From Steroidobacteraceae bacterium (GTDB lineage: Bacteria; Pseudomonadota; Gammaproteobacteria; Steroidobacterales; Steroidobacteraceae): DNA of 64,000 nt. The notes under the pieces are model-generated. The model had not been told where the DNA came from and did no database searches. It worked only from the letters and a program-made list of their open reading frames with translations. Shown piece after piece: positions 1-8,926 of this stretch. The stretch covers positions 63,523 to 127,522 of the forward strand of contig JBGAGE010000012.1 of the NCBI GenBank assembly GCA_044226865.1. Direction: 5' to 3'. Positions within the stretch are counted from its first letter, which is position 1. The number at the start of each line of letters is the position of its first letter. The translations under genes and the position numbers were made by a program.

Positions 1-28
1 CGCCGCCGTATAACCCGGGGAGACGCCG

Positions 29-766
29 ATGAAGAACAATCTGTCGAGGTTCGCCATGCTTGTTTCGGGCGTGCTCGCCTGCGCGGCGGCAACGGCACAG
101 GCGGTTACGCCAGAAGCAGAGCGGGCTTTTGCGAACCTGCCCGGCAAAGTGCTGCTCGACAATGCGCGGGTGACGGTCACGCAGATCGCGGTGCCGCCGG
201 GCCAGTCCACCGGCCGGCGCAATTCCCGGGCTGCCGATCTGCTGGTGTTCATCAAGGGCGGGGTGATGAAGTTGACCGCGTCCGCGCGCTCGGTCATGTG
301 GAAAGATGGCAGGGTGGTGTGGCTGCCTTCCCTCGACCCTGCCGACGATGGTGATGCCACCAATACCGGCACGGCGCCCATCGTGATGGATGTGGTCAAG
401 TTGAAGCCCGTGCCCGCTGCTGCCGCGACGGCTGCCGGTGCGGGCCCGAAGTACCGGCACCTGAACTATCCCAACATTCCCGGCGAGGACGTGCTCGAAA
501 ACGACGAGGTGATCGTGCAGCGCTTTCTCGTCAAGGCGGGGCAATGGGAGGGGCCGCACGGTCATCATCCCGACATGCTGTACATCCATGTGAAGGGCGG
601 GCAATGGGCGGCGAGGTCCTACACGGAGAAGGAACATGTGTACCCGCAGCCTGACGCCGACGGTAGCGTCGGCTGGATGGCGACCATCGATCCCAGCGTG
701 GGCCATGAGTCGCGCAACGCGGGGCGCGAACCCATCGACCTGATCTGGGTGACGTTGAAGCGCTAG
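29..766 (+). CDS. secreted hypothetical protein (possibly cupin-like)
   Basis: 245-aa ORF. GGGGAGA purine run 5 nt before the ATG. N-terminal signal peptide MKNNLSRFAMLVSGVLACAAATAQA. His-rich GPHGHHPD stretch. Family not recognised with certainty. Confidence 0.55.
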   Translation: MKNNLSRFAMLVSGVLACAAATAQAVTPEAERAFANLPGKVLLDNARVTVTQIAVPPGQSTGRRNSRAADLLVFIKGGVMKLTASARSVMWKDGRVVWLPSLDPADDGDATNTGTAPIVMDVVKLKPVPAAAATAAGAGPKYRHLNYPNIPGEDVLENDEVIVQRFLVKAGQWEGPHGHHPDMLYIHVKGGQWAARSYTEKEHVYPQPDADGSVGWMATIDPSVGHESRNAGREPIDLIWVTLKR

Positions 767-828
767 TCGCCGTTTACGCCAATCTGCTGACGTTCTCGTT
801 GCGACGCACGATGGTCTTGCCCGCGGTT

Positions 829-1296
829 TCAGCGTGGGGTGATGCGCTGCCCGGTGATTCGTGCCGGCGTCGGGATGTTACCGGTGGGCACGCCATCCGC
901 ATCGAAGGTTCGCACGGTCTCGGTGCCACTGAGCGTATCGCCTGATACGTCGATCGCGAAGGACACTTCCAGCCGGCCCAGGAACAGATGGCTGGAGCGG
1001 TCGGCCAGCAACTCCACCCACCGGCCCACGATCCGCGCGCCATCGGAGGTCCAAGCGCCTTTTCCGTCGCTGTCGCTGGTGCGCGGGTCACCGGCGTCGG
1101 GGTTGGCCTGGTGGACGGTGCCATCGGCATTGAATACATACAGGTGATAAGGAAACGGCGCGTTCGGATCCTTTACCATCCAGGTGCCGACGATGGAATG
1201 GCGCGCGGCATCTGCGTCGAGGTGGACGCAGCCTTGCAAGCCGGCGACGCCGAGCGAAAAGCCTAGGAGTGCAAGCAAGAGGCGGGAGCGTTTCAT
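829..1296 (-). CDS. hypothetical lipoprotein
   Basis: 155-aa ORF starting MKRSRLLLALLGFSLGVAGLQGC (signal peptide plus lipobox Cys). No recognisable catalytic motif. Confidence 0.55.
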   Translation of the reverse strand: MKRSRLLLALLGFSLGVAGLQGCVHLDADAARHSIVGTWMVKDPNAPFPYHLYVFNADGTVHQANPDAGDPRTSDSDGKGAWTSDGARIVGRWVELLADRSSHLFLGRLEVSFAIDVSGDTLSGTETVRTFDADGVPTGNIPTPARITGQRITPR

Positions 1297-1578
1297 GAGA
1301 GTCGTTGGCTCGGGCAGCCTGGGGGAACAGGATCATACGCCCAAGGCGGGTGGGCCCCCAGGAGTACCCAAGATCTCACCTATTGAAATCAAGTGGTGAA
1401 TCGGTCGAAATGCCGGGATGCCAGCACCGTTCAAGTTCGTCACCGACACTTCGACCCCGGCCATTTTCGATGTGGCATCACTGCGCCACCGGCTCGAAGA
1501 AGATGCTGATTGGTGGGTATATCCGGAAAGTGTTGCCGGCTCGCGCGTAAGGCGGCGTCAATCGATTTCAGCCTCCAA

Positions 1579-2082
1579 ATGCTCATGACCACTCGCCGCC
1601 TGTTCTTCGCCTCATTGCCGGACGAGGCAATCCGGGGCTCGCTGGAGCAATCCCGCCAGCGCATCTTCCCCTTGTCCGGCCGGCCGGTGGATGCTGCCAA
1701 CCTTCATATGACGGTGGCGTTCCTTGGCGCGGTGGGAGAAGACCGCCTGACATCTCTGCGCGAGTTGTCAGGACCGATGACCTCCTGCGATCTGAAGCTC
1801 GACCGCCTGGAGTTCTGGGGCAAGCAGGGCGTACTGGTTGCCGCGGCGTCACAGGCTCCGCAGGAATTGAAGCGCCAGGTCGATACACTATGGCAGCGAT
1901 TGGACCGCCTGGGCTTCGCCCGCGACCCGCGTCCCTTCAAGCCGCACGTCACGCTGGCTCGTGATGTCCGTTCCTTGCGCCCCGGCATGCCCTGGACGCC
2001 CGTCCATTGGCGCTGCGATCGCGTGCAGCTGATGGAATCGATCAACATCCCGGGCGGCGTGCGTTACGAGCCCCTCGTCTGA
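1579..2082 (+). CDS. thpR: RNA 2',3'-cyclic phosphodiesterase / 2'-5' RNA ligase family (2H phosphoesterase)
   Basis: Two H-x-T/S-x motifs typical of the 2H superfamily (HMTVAF and HVTLAR). N-terminus RRLFFASLP is typical of LigT/ThpR. Start moved to an internal ATG (MLMTTRRLFF) of the 1510..2082 ORF. Confidence 0.75.
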   Translation: MLMTTRRLFFASLPDEAIRGSLEQSRQRIFPLSGRPVDAANLHMTVAFLGAVGEDRLTSLRELSGPMTSCDLKLDRLEFWGKQGVLVAAASQAPQELKRQVDTLWQRLDRLGFARDPRPFKPHVTLARDVRSLRPGMPWTPVHWRCDRVQLMESINIPGGVRYEPLV

Positions 2083-2100
2083 TCCATCAGGCGCGTGAGA

Positions 2101-2461
2101 TCAGCGCCCGCGTGCCAGTGGATTGGGAATGGCCGGTCCCACTCGGGTCAGCGTATTCCGGTCCGCATGATGAAATGGTTCCGCACGGCCCTTCACCATC
2201 AGCACCGTGTCTTCCTCGTACGACCACGTGTCGTTGGCGTGCACCGTGACCTTCACCCGGAACTCGATGGTGGTGAAGGCATGCTCGAGGAAGGGCGTCG
2301 AGCAGATGCCGTAGACCGTCCGCCTTGGGATTGATGTCGAGGCCCCGCTCGCCCTGCCACACACCGGCGAGGCCCGTCAGCGGCCCGAGATTGGCGAGCG
2401 TGTTCGGATCGATGTCGGTTGGTTCGGAAAAAACATCCGCAGGGAACTCGTTGGCGCTCAT
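2101..2461 (-). pseudogene. frameshifted heme-binding beta-barrel (nitrobindin/DUF1794-like) gene
   Basis: The N-terminal part (MSANEF...GLAGVWQGERGLDINPKADG) lies in the 2087..2461 frame. The C-terminal part (RTVYGICSTPFLEHAFTTIEFRVKVTVHANDTWSYEEDTVLMVKGRAEPFHH) lies in the 2101..2364 frame. The two frames join near 2318-2330 with a single-nt shift. Confidence 0.5.
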
Positions 2462-2470
2462 CCTGCGTGC

Positions 2471-3892
2471 TCAGTCCTTGCCGTTTGCATACAGCTTCAC
2501 CACCTCGTACAGGAAGCGGCGGCCATCCATCAGCGACTTCACGCGGATGCGCTCGTTCAAGCCATGTGCGCGCGAGCCTTCGGCGTCGTGGAACATCCCG
2601 CTCATGCCATAGGTCGGAACGCCAGTGGAATTGAGGAAGCGCCCATCCGTGGCGCCCGTGGACATCATCGGCACCACCGGCACGCCCGGCCAAATCCTGG
2701 CGGCCACCTTGTGCAACGGGTCCATGATCTGAGGTGAGAGTGGCGGCGGGGTGGATTGGATGCCCTTCATGCCGACGAAGGTCACGCTGAGGGTGTCATC
2801 CGCCAGCACCTTGACGATCTCCTGGCGAACATCCTCCAGGGGAACGCCCGGCAGGATGCGGCAATTCACATTGGCACGCGCACGCTGCGGCAGCGCGTTC
2901 GGCGCATGGCCACCGGTGATCTGCGTGGACACGCAGGTGGTGCGCAGGGAACCATTCCAAGCCGGATCCACTGCCCACAGCCGCTCCACCGCGGCCTCGT
3001 CCTGCGGATTCTTCAGCACGGCCTGCATGTCGGCCGCGATGGCAGGGGGCTGCAGCTTCACCTGCGCCTCGAAGTAGCCGCGCGTGGCCTGGTTGAAGGC
3101 GACGGGGAAATTGTAGGCGCCCAACCGCGCCAGCGCTGCGCTGAGACGGGTGATGGGATTCTTCTTGGTGGGCCGCGAGCTGTGCCCGCCCACGTCGATG
3201 GCCTCGATCGCGAAGTCCTGGTACACCTTCTCGCCGGCCTGGATGTGCAGCGCCACCGGCTTTCCGTCCGCTCCCAGTTCTCCCCCCGCACCTTCGTTCA
3301 ATGCGAAGGCGGCGGACAGGACCTCCGGCTGCGTCTGCGTCAGCCAGCGAACGCTGTTGAAGGCATTGGGGGTTTCCTCACCGCAGGTCAGTGCCAACTT
3401 GATGTCGCGGCGCGGCTTGAAGCCCTCCTTCTTGTAGCGGATAAGGCTGTCGGTGAATACCGCAGCCATGGACTTGTCATCGCTCGCGCCGCGGGCGTAG
3501 AACCACCCATCCTCTTCCACCAGCGTGAATGGATCGCGCTCCCAGTCCTCGCGCTTGGCTTCGACCACATCGATGTGGGCCAGCAGGAGCATCGGCTTGG
3601 CCTTGCGATCCGTGCCCTGTAACACCGCGATCAGCGCGCCGTCATTGGCGTGATCCGACGGCGCCACGATGCGGGCATCGGCCTCGGGAATCCCCGCGGC
3701 CAGGAGCCGCGCCCGCATGGCGTTGGCGGCCTTGGTGCAGCTGCCCACCGACAGCGTGGTGTTGATCTCGACCAGCTCCTTATAAAGGGCACGGAAAGCC
3801 GCCTCGTCATCCGATGGCGCGGCGGCGAACAGCGGAGCGGCGAGGCAGGTGGCCAAGAGTCCAAGCCCCGCAGCACTAAGGTGTGACGGCAT
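2471..3892 (-). CDS. M20 family metallopeptidase, secreted
   Basis: HIDVVEAKREDW and ARGASDDK motifs of the M20/ArgE/DapE family. Signal peptide MPSHLSAAGLGLLATCLAAPLFAAA. Start set to an internal ATG at 3892 of the 540-aa ORF, giving 473 aa. Confidence 0.85.
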   Translation of the reverse strand: MPSHLSAAGLGLLATCLAAPLFAAAPSDDEAAFRALYKELVEINTTLSVGSCTKAANAMRARLLAAGIPEADARIVAPSDHANDGALIAVLQGTDRKAKPMLLLAHIDVVEAKREDWERDPFTLVEEDGWFYARGASDDKSMAAVFTDSLIRYKKEGFKPRRDIKLALTCGEETPNAFNSVRWLTQTQPEVLSAAFALNEGAGGELGADGKPVALHIQAGEKVYQDFAIEAIDVGGHSSRPTKKNPITRLSAALARLGAYNFPVAFNQATRGYFEAQVKLQPPAIAADMQAVLKNPQDEAAVERLWAVDPAWNGSLRTTCVSTQITGGHAPNALPQRARANVNCRILPGVPLEDVRQEIVKVLADDTLSVTFVGMKGIQSTPPPLSPQIMDPLHKVAARIWPGVPVVPMMSTGATDGRFLNSTGVPTYGMSGMFHDAEGSRAHGLNERIRVKSLMDGRRFLYEVVKLYANGKD

Positions 3893-4016
3893 GTTGAGTG
3901 TCTCCGGTGAATCGGCTGCGCACGGTGCGCTGCCAGGCTGTGTTGGGCCGATAGCATACCGTCTCGTCGCACCGATTGACCAAGGAAATCCATGCTCCGC
4001 CGTGGCGATGCGCATG

Positions 4017-4325
4017 AATCCGTACGAGCTGAGCCGGATCGTGCACAAGGCCGGCATCCTTCCGGTGAGCGCCGGTGGCGACCATGTCATCACCTATCCC
4101 ATCTTCAAGGCGATCGCTGCTGACCGCCCCATCGGCGTGATCCACATCGATGTCCACCCGGATACCTGGGGCGGTGCACAGCGTCTGCTGTACGGCCTGC
4201 GTGGATTGAACCTCGTCGGGGGGGATGTGGTCGAAGGGGTACCTCCCTACGACCAGACGGGCAATACCACGCTGGTCGGCGCCAGCATGATGTTCGAAAT
4301 CCTGTGCCTGGTGGCCGACAGCAAT
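4017..4325 (+). pseudogene. agmatinase/ureohydrolase family remnant (5' truncated, internal in-frame deletion)
   Basis: SAGGDHVITYPIFKA...IGVIHIDVHPDT (N-terminal Mn-binding motifs) runs directly into LNLVGGDVVEGVPPYDQTGNTTLVGASMMFEIL (the family's C-terminal motif). The roughly 150 aa normally between them are absent, and there is no plausible N-terminus. Confidence 0.55.
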
Positions 4326-4694
4326 TTCGGTGTGGGGAAAACAACACGCCGGCCGCGGCATGTATTCAATCACCGACATTTCGGTCGGCGCGATGGGTGC
4401 AGCTAGACTCTTCACCCGTCAGCGTACAGATGGAGCATTGCGATGAACCATTGGCTCGACAGCACTTTGCAGAACCTCCACGTGGGACAGGCCCTGATCG
4501 CCGGCGGCGTGGGCGGGTTGGTCTACGGCATCAGAGCCCAAGCTGCCAATACGCTGGCCACGGGTGCTGATCGTTGGCAACTGGCCATCCGGCAGATCCA
4601 GCAGGCGCCGATCAACCTGGCGGATATCCTGAGGGCGCGTACGCCGCTGTAAGGCGGGTTCCATGCTCGCTGCGCCCGGCTGGTCAATCACGGT

Positions 4695-5558
4695 TCATCG
4701 GATGCACCAGGCGCGCACTCCTTCCGCTTCGAGGAATCGCTCGGCCTTGGCGCCTTGAAGCAGGGCCAGCTTCGCGATCAGCCCGGCTTCACTGCAACTT
4801 CGGGCATGGACCGTGACCGCTCGCGGGGCTCCATCGATGGGCCAACCCGTTCGCGGGTCCAGCACGTGACCATAGCGGACGCCACCGCTCATGACGTGGC
4901 GATGCGCGTCTCCACTGGTGGCAAGAGCGCCGGCCTTGAGCTCGATCATCCCGGCTGAATGCCCGCTGCTGTCGACGTCCTCGATGGCCACCCGCCATGC
5001 GTCGCCATTCGCGCGCGGACCCGATACACATAGATCACCGCCGAAATTGACCAACAAGGGTACCGGTCCTGCCCGTTGCGCCAGTGCCATGGCCCGGTCG
5101 ACGGCGTATTCCTTGCCGATGCCGCCGAAGTCAAGTTCCATTCCTGGTGAGAGTTGCAGGCGCGGACGATTCCATCGCACCCGTGACCAACCGACGCACG
5201 CCAAGGCATCGCGAATGGCGCCAGCGGATGGAACTGCGCTTGCCCGATCAAAGCGCCAGGCCCGCCGCAGGGCGCCGGAGGTGATGTCGAACAGGCCGTC
5301 ACTCAAGTGGTGGCACTCGGCTGCGTAGTCGATCAGGTCCGATGCCTCGTCATCGAGCTCGATTTCCTGACCGGCCGACTCGTTGATCCGGGTCGTCAAG
5401 CTCGGGCGGTACCGCGAGAACTTTGATTCTACGCGCGCAGCTTCGTTGCGGACGATTCGCCCGGCCTCGAGCCCGAGCTCAACGTTGGTGGTATCGGCCA
5501 ACACGATGCAAGGACTTCCCATCGCAGCGAACCGCGTCTCGACGTCTCCTCCGGTCAT
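4695..5558 (-). CDS. apbE: FAD:protein FMN transferase
   Basis: 287 aa. DFGGIGKEYAVD and ATSGDAHR..H..DPRTG motifs typical of ApbE. Confidence 0.85.
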   Translation of the reverse strand: MTGGDVETRFAAMGSPCIVLADTTNVELGLEAGRIVRNEAARVESKFSRYRPSLTTRINESAGQEIELDDEASDLIDYAAECHHLSDGLFDITSGALRRAWRFDRASAVPSAGAIRDALACVGWSRVRWNRPRLQLSPGMELDFGGIGKEYAVDRAMALAQRAGPVPLLVNFGGDLCVSGPRANGDAWRVAIEDVDSSGHSAGMIELKAGALATSGDAHRHVMSGGVRYGHVLDPRTGWPIDGAPRAVTVHARSCSEAGLIAKLALLQGAKAERFLEAEGVRAWCIR

Positions 5559-5562
5559 GCGG

Positions 5563-6906
5563 TCAGAATGCGTAGCTGTAGCCCACCATCACGGTCACGG
5601 CCTTGAGATCGGGAAACAGGTTCTGCTGTTTGAGTTGGCCGATGGCTTCCGCGGGAGAGCCGTTGCCATGCTGGCCGTAATACTCGACGCGTACGTTGAA
5701 TTCCGAACCTTGGTCGATATGCACACCGAATTTGGCGCCGTAGGTCTGCGAATGAAAGGCCGCCAGGCGCGAATCCGCCGAGGCATAGGCCGGCAAGGCG
5801 TTACCGTCCACCAGGAAATAGCGGAAGAAATCCGCTGCGTTCTGGTGGTAGTAGCGCACGTGGGGTTCGATGTAGTAGTCCTCACCGATGTTCCAACGCA
5901 GCCGCAGGTCGCCGGTAACCGACTTGATGCCCCAATCATCCTTGAAGCCACGGATGGAGGCCGACAGCACGCCGGCACCGAGATGCAAGCGGTTGTCCAG
6001 GAACACGCTTTGCTTGCGGCGGGAATCCGGCCGGCTCTCGTACAATTGTTGCATTGGTTCCCCCGTGACTCCATCGACGATGGAAATCAGCTTGTAGGGG
6101 TCGTTCTGGTAGCCGGATGATTTGCCGTAGGAATAGCTCAGGCTCGCGAGCCAGCGACGCGTCATGACCTGGGTGATGCCAACCAATGCATCGAGCTCGT
6201 GCTTGCTCTCGTTCGGGCCTTTCCAATCACCACTCATCACCGCGAACGGCGTGGGTGTTCCGCCCAGGGGATTTGAGTTGTCCGATTCAAGATTGAAGCC
6301 TGCATTGAAGGTCGTGTTATGACCGTTCATATCCTTGGCGAGGCCGAGGCTGGCGCTGAGCGAGCGATAATCGTGTTCGTGTGAATAGGCGGCGCCTGCC
6401 TGAAGCTTCAGGGTTTGTGACAACGCCTGCTCGATTCCCAGATGCCCCGCGAAGCGCGTGTCTTTGAAGCCGCGGTCGAGTGGCAAGGTATTGGGATCGA
6501 CCAACGTACTGGCCGCAAACGTTTGGGTGGTGGCGCCGCTTGCAGGCGGCACCAGGATGACGGTGGAACCTCCGGATGCCGTCGTGACCGTGGTCGGCGT
6601 CCCCAGCGCCACGATCTTATAGGGTCGAACGTATGTCTGCTGTTGGGAGGAGGGGACGGAGCCAAGCGGGGTCGCGCCGGTCAGTGAGTCGGCGATGATT
6701 CCCGCACTGATCGAGGTTTCCTCATCCACCTTGTAGTTCAGGTTCAGCTGCGGTTCGATGGCACGGACCCGATCCTGTTCGTGGTAATACAGGACCGCGG
6801 AATCCATGTTCAAGCCGCCGTCATCCACGGTCTGCGCCGTGGCGTGTCCGCCCGCGAGCAGTCCGGCGACCGCCGCCGCCAGGGAGCGCCTCAATTGCAT
6901 CCGCAA
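5563..6906 (-). CDS. DUF3570-type predicted outer-membrane beta-barrel protein
   Basis: 447 aa. Signal peptide ending HATAQ, alternating beta-strand pattern and a C-terminal aromatic residue (YSYAF). Lies in the conserved position between the DUF4266 and ApbE genes. Confidence 0.75.
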   Translation of the reverse strand: MRMQLRRSLAAAVAGLLAGGHATAQTVDDGGLNMDSAVLYYHEQDRVRAIEPQLNLNYKVDEETSISAGIIADSLTGATPLGSVPSSQQQTYVRPYKIVALGTPTTVTTASGGSTVILVPPASGATTQTFAASTLVDPNTLPLDRGFKDTRFAGHLGIEQALSQTLKLQAGAAYSHEHDYRSLSASLGLAKDMNGHNTTFNAGFNLESDNSNPLGGTPTPFAVMSGDWKGPNESKHELDALVGITQVMTRRWLASLSYSYGKSSGYQNDPYKLISIVDGVTGEPMQQLYESRPDSRRKQSVFLDNRLHLGAGVLSASIRGFKDDWGIKSVTGDLRLRWNIGEDYYIEPHVRYYHQNAADFFRYFLVDGNALPAYASADSRLAAFHSQTYGAKFGVHIDQGSEFNVRVEYYGQHGNGSPAEAIGQLKQQNLFPDLKAVTVMVGYSYAF

Positions 6907-7172
6907 CCTCCACCCGCAAAACTGCGCCCGCCGCTGGAAGCCTCCTTGCTGAAGTAGATGTGATCATCGCTGGCGCTTTGCAGTGGATAGGGATCCAGCT
7001 GCATCGCCTGTTCGGCCATCAAATCGTGCTCCCATGGTTTCGCGCCGACACTGGCACATCCCGACAGCGCGAGCAGCCCCGCGGCGATGCCTGCGCCAGC
7101 AAGTGCACGGCGGGATATCGATCGAAGTTCAGGGTGCCTTTTCGGCAAGCAGCGTTCGCAGATGCGCTTCAT
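6891..7172 (-). CDS. DUF4266-type small lipoprotein
   Basis: AGLLALSGCAS lipobox and the characteristic C-terminus GGGCGCN. The start is uncertain: ATG at 7172 or TTG at 7148. With the ATG start it overlaps the upstream TlpA-like gene by 44 nt and the downstream DUF3570 gene by 16 nt. Confidence 0.65.
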   Translation of the reverse strand: MKRICERCLPKRHPELRSISRRALAGAGIAAGLLALSGCASVGAKPWEHDLMAEQAMQLDPYPLQSASDDHIYFSKEASSGGRSFAGGGCGCN

Positions 7173-7578
7173 ACTCTTCTTCCTTCTTGACCGAGAAACC
7201 ATCATGGTGGAACCGCACGTGACCGGTGCGATCGATGAGCACGGCGCTGGGCATGCCCTTGATCTTGAAGCTCGATGCGATGTCCCCTTTGGGGTCGTAG
7301 ATGACCGGAAAATTCGCGGGGAAATCGTTGAGAAAGCGCTGCGCATGCTCGCGGTCCTGGTCGAGATTCACCGCAACGACGACAAAGCTGTCGGCAGCAT
7401 TTCGCGACTGAATGTCAGCGAGCCAGGGAAAGGATTGGCGGCATGGGCCGCACCATGAAGCCCAGAAATCCAGGTAAACGACTTTGCCGCGATACTGGGA
7501 TAGATCGAGATTCGTGGGCCATGCAGAACCGAAGGCGGTGATGCCCATGATGATGAATACGACACGAATCATTTGCAT
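7129..7578 (-). CDS. TlpA-like periplasmic thiol:disulfide oxidoreductase
   Basis: WASWCGPC active site in a thioredoxin fold. N-terminal membrane anchor MQMIRVVFIIMGITAFG. Start set to an internal ATG of the 332-aa ORF. Confidence 0.85.
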   Translation of the reverse strand: MQMIRVVFIIMGITAFGSAWPTNLDLSQYRGKVVYLDFWASWCGPCRQSFPWLADIQSRNAADSFVVVAVNLDQDREHAQRFLNDFPANFPVIYDPKGDIASSFKIKGMPSAVLIDRTGHVRFHHDGFSVKKEEEYEAHLRTLLAEKAP

Positions 7579-7820
7579 CGGCGATGTGGCTTCGGAGAAG
7601 ATCGTGGTTGGAATTTCACGTGCTGCGATGTGACCGTCGGCTTTTGTATTGGTTGCAAAAATTTTCGGGCAAGTTTTGTCAAGGTGTGATTCGACGGCAG
7701 GTTGCCGGTGGATCAATCGCTCATTCGATGATTGCGGAGACGAAGTTGACTGCTGAGATCCATGCATACGACGTCCGTTCGACATACTTGAAGCGCCGAT
7801 TCCACGGGAGTGTGCTTCGA

Positions 7821-8747
7821 ATGTCGTGTGTGCTATTTCTCGCGATCGCGGTGTTGATGGCAACGTCCTGTAGAGCCGCTGACATCCGCTTGCCGGGGAC
7901 CCGCGCGTTCCCGGAGAGCATCGCCGCCGGCGCCGGTGGCGCCCTCTACGTTTCCAATTTCGCGGATGGCGGCATCGTTCGCATCGAGGGAGGTCACGCC
8001 GAGTCTTGGATTCACCCCGGCGCTTTCGGCAGCGGCGCGATTCTGGGCCTGCTGGTGCAACTTTCCCGGGGGCTGCTGTGGGCGTGTTCGAACGATCTGT
8101 CCGCGATACACCTGGCCAAATCCGCATCGGGGCGCAGCGAGTTGCTGGCGTTCGACCTGCGCTCCGGCCATGGCGTGCGTAGTTTGCCCATGCCGGACGA
8201 TCGAGGTGATTGCGCGGATATCGCCGCCGCGCCGGACGGCAGTCTGCTGATCACCGATGGCCGGTCGTCGCGTGTCCTGCGGCTAGCGCCCAAGGGACTC
8301 GCCCTGCAGGTGTTGTTGGACGATCCAAAGCTGCGCGATGCTCCCTATGGGCTCGACGGCATCGCGATCGCGCGCGATGGCACGGCCTACGTCAACTCGT
8401 ACTCCAGCGGGAAGCTGTTTCGCATCACCTTCGAGCGTGGCGGCGTTCCTGCCATCGACGAAATCGTCCTGGACCGGCCGCTGGTCAAGCCGGATGGCAT
8501 GCGAGTGGAAGGCCGGCATTCATTGTTGGTGACCGACGCGGCGGGGTTGAGTCGGGTCACGTTTCTCGCAGGCTCGCGCGGTGTGGTGACGACCGTCAGG
8601 GCGGGCCTGGCAGAACCCACTTCACTCGTCATCCAGGGTAAGAATGCCTTCGTGACCGAGGGCAAGGTTAGCTGCGCATTGCAGCCGGATACCTGCCGGA
8701 CCGACGCGTTCGAATTCTTCGTTCGCGTCGTCGACTTGAAGAATTGA
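7821..8747 (+). CDS. secreted beta-propeller protein (SMP-30/gluconolactonase/LRE-like)
   Basis: Signal peptide MSCVLFLAIAVLMATSCRA. Repeated DG..YV / DG.LLVTD blade-like motifs. Start set to an internal ATG at 7821. Confidence 0.6.
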   Translation: MSCVLFLAIAVLMATSCRAADIRLPGTRAFPESIAAGAGGALYVSNFADGGIVRIEGGHAESWIHPGAFGSGAILGLLVQLSRGLLWACSNDLSAIHLAKSASGRSELLAFDLRSGHGVRSLPMPDDRGDCADIAAAPDGSLLITDGRSSRVLRLAPKGLALQVLLDDPKLRDAPYGLDGIAIARDGTAYVNSYSSGKLFRITFERGGVPAIDEIVLDRPLVKPDGMRVEGRHSLLVTDAAGLSRVTFLAGSRGVVTTVRAGLAEPTSLVIQGKNAFVTEGKVSCALQPDTCRTDAFEFFVRVVDLKN

Positions 8748-8926
8748 AGCGGGACGTGCGATCCCCGATACATCTGGAAGCGTGGTCCCAAGGCGCGCCA
8801 GGGCAGTGTGTACTTCGTCAACCCCCGGATTTTCGCATGTGGAGACTGCCGAAGTCGGTTGCCTGCTGCTTGTGACGCAGGGAGAAGACCGGAAGGGTTG
8901 GATGTGAAGCCCCCTGGCGCGTGTCC

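Noticed and set aside
4443-4652. 69-aa ORF between the agmatinase remnant and apbE
   Set aside because: No RBS, no recognisable motif, and it lies in a region that already shows gene decay. It could be real, but I cannot support it.
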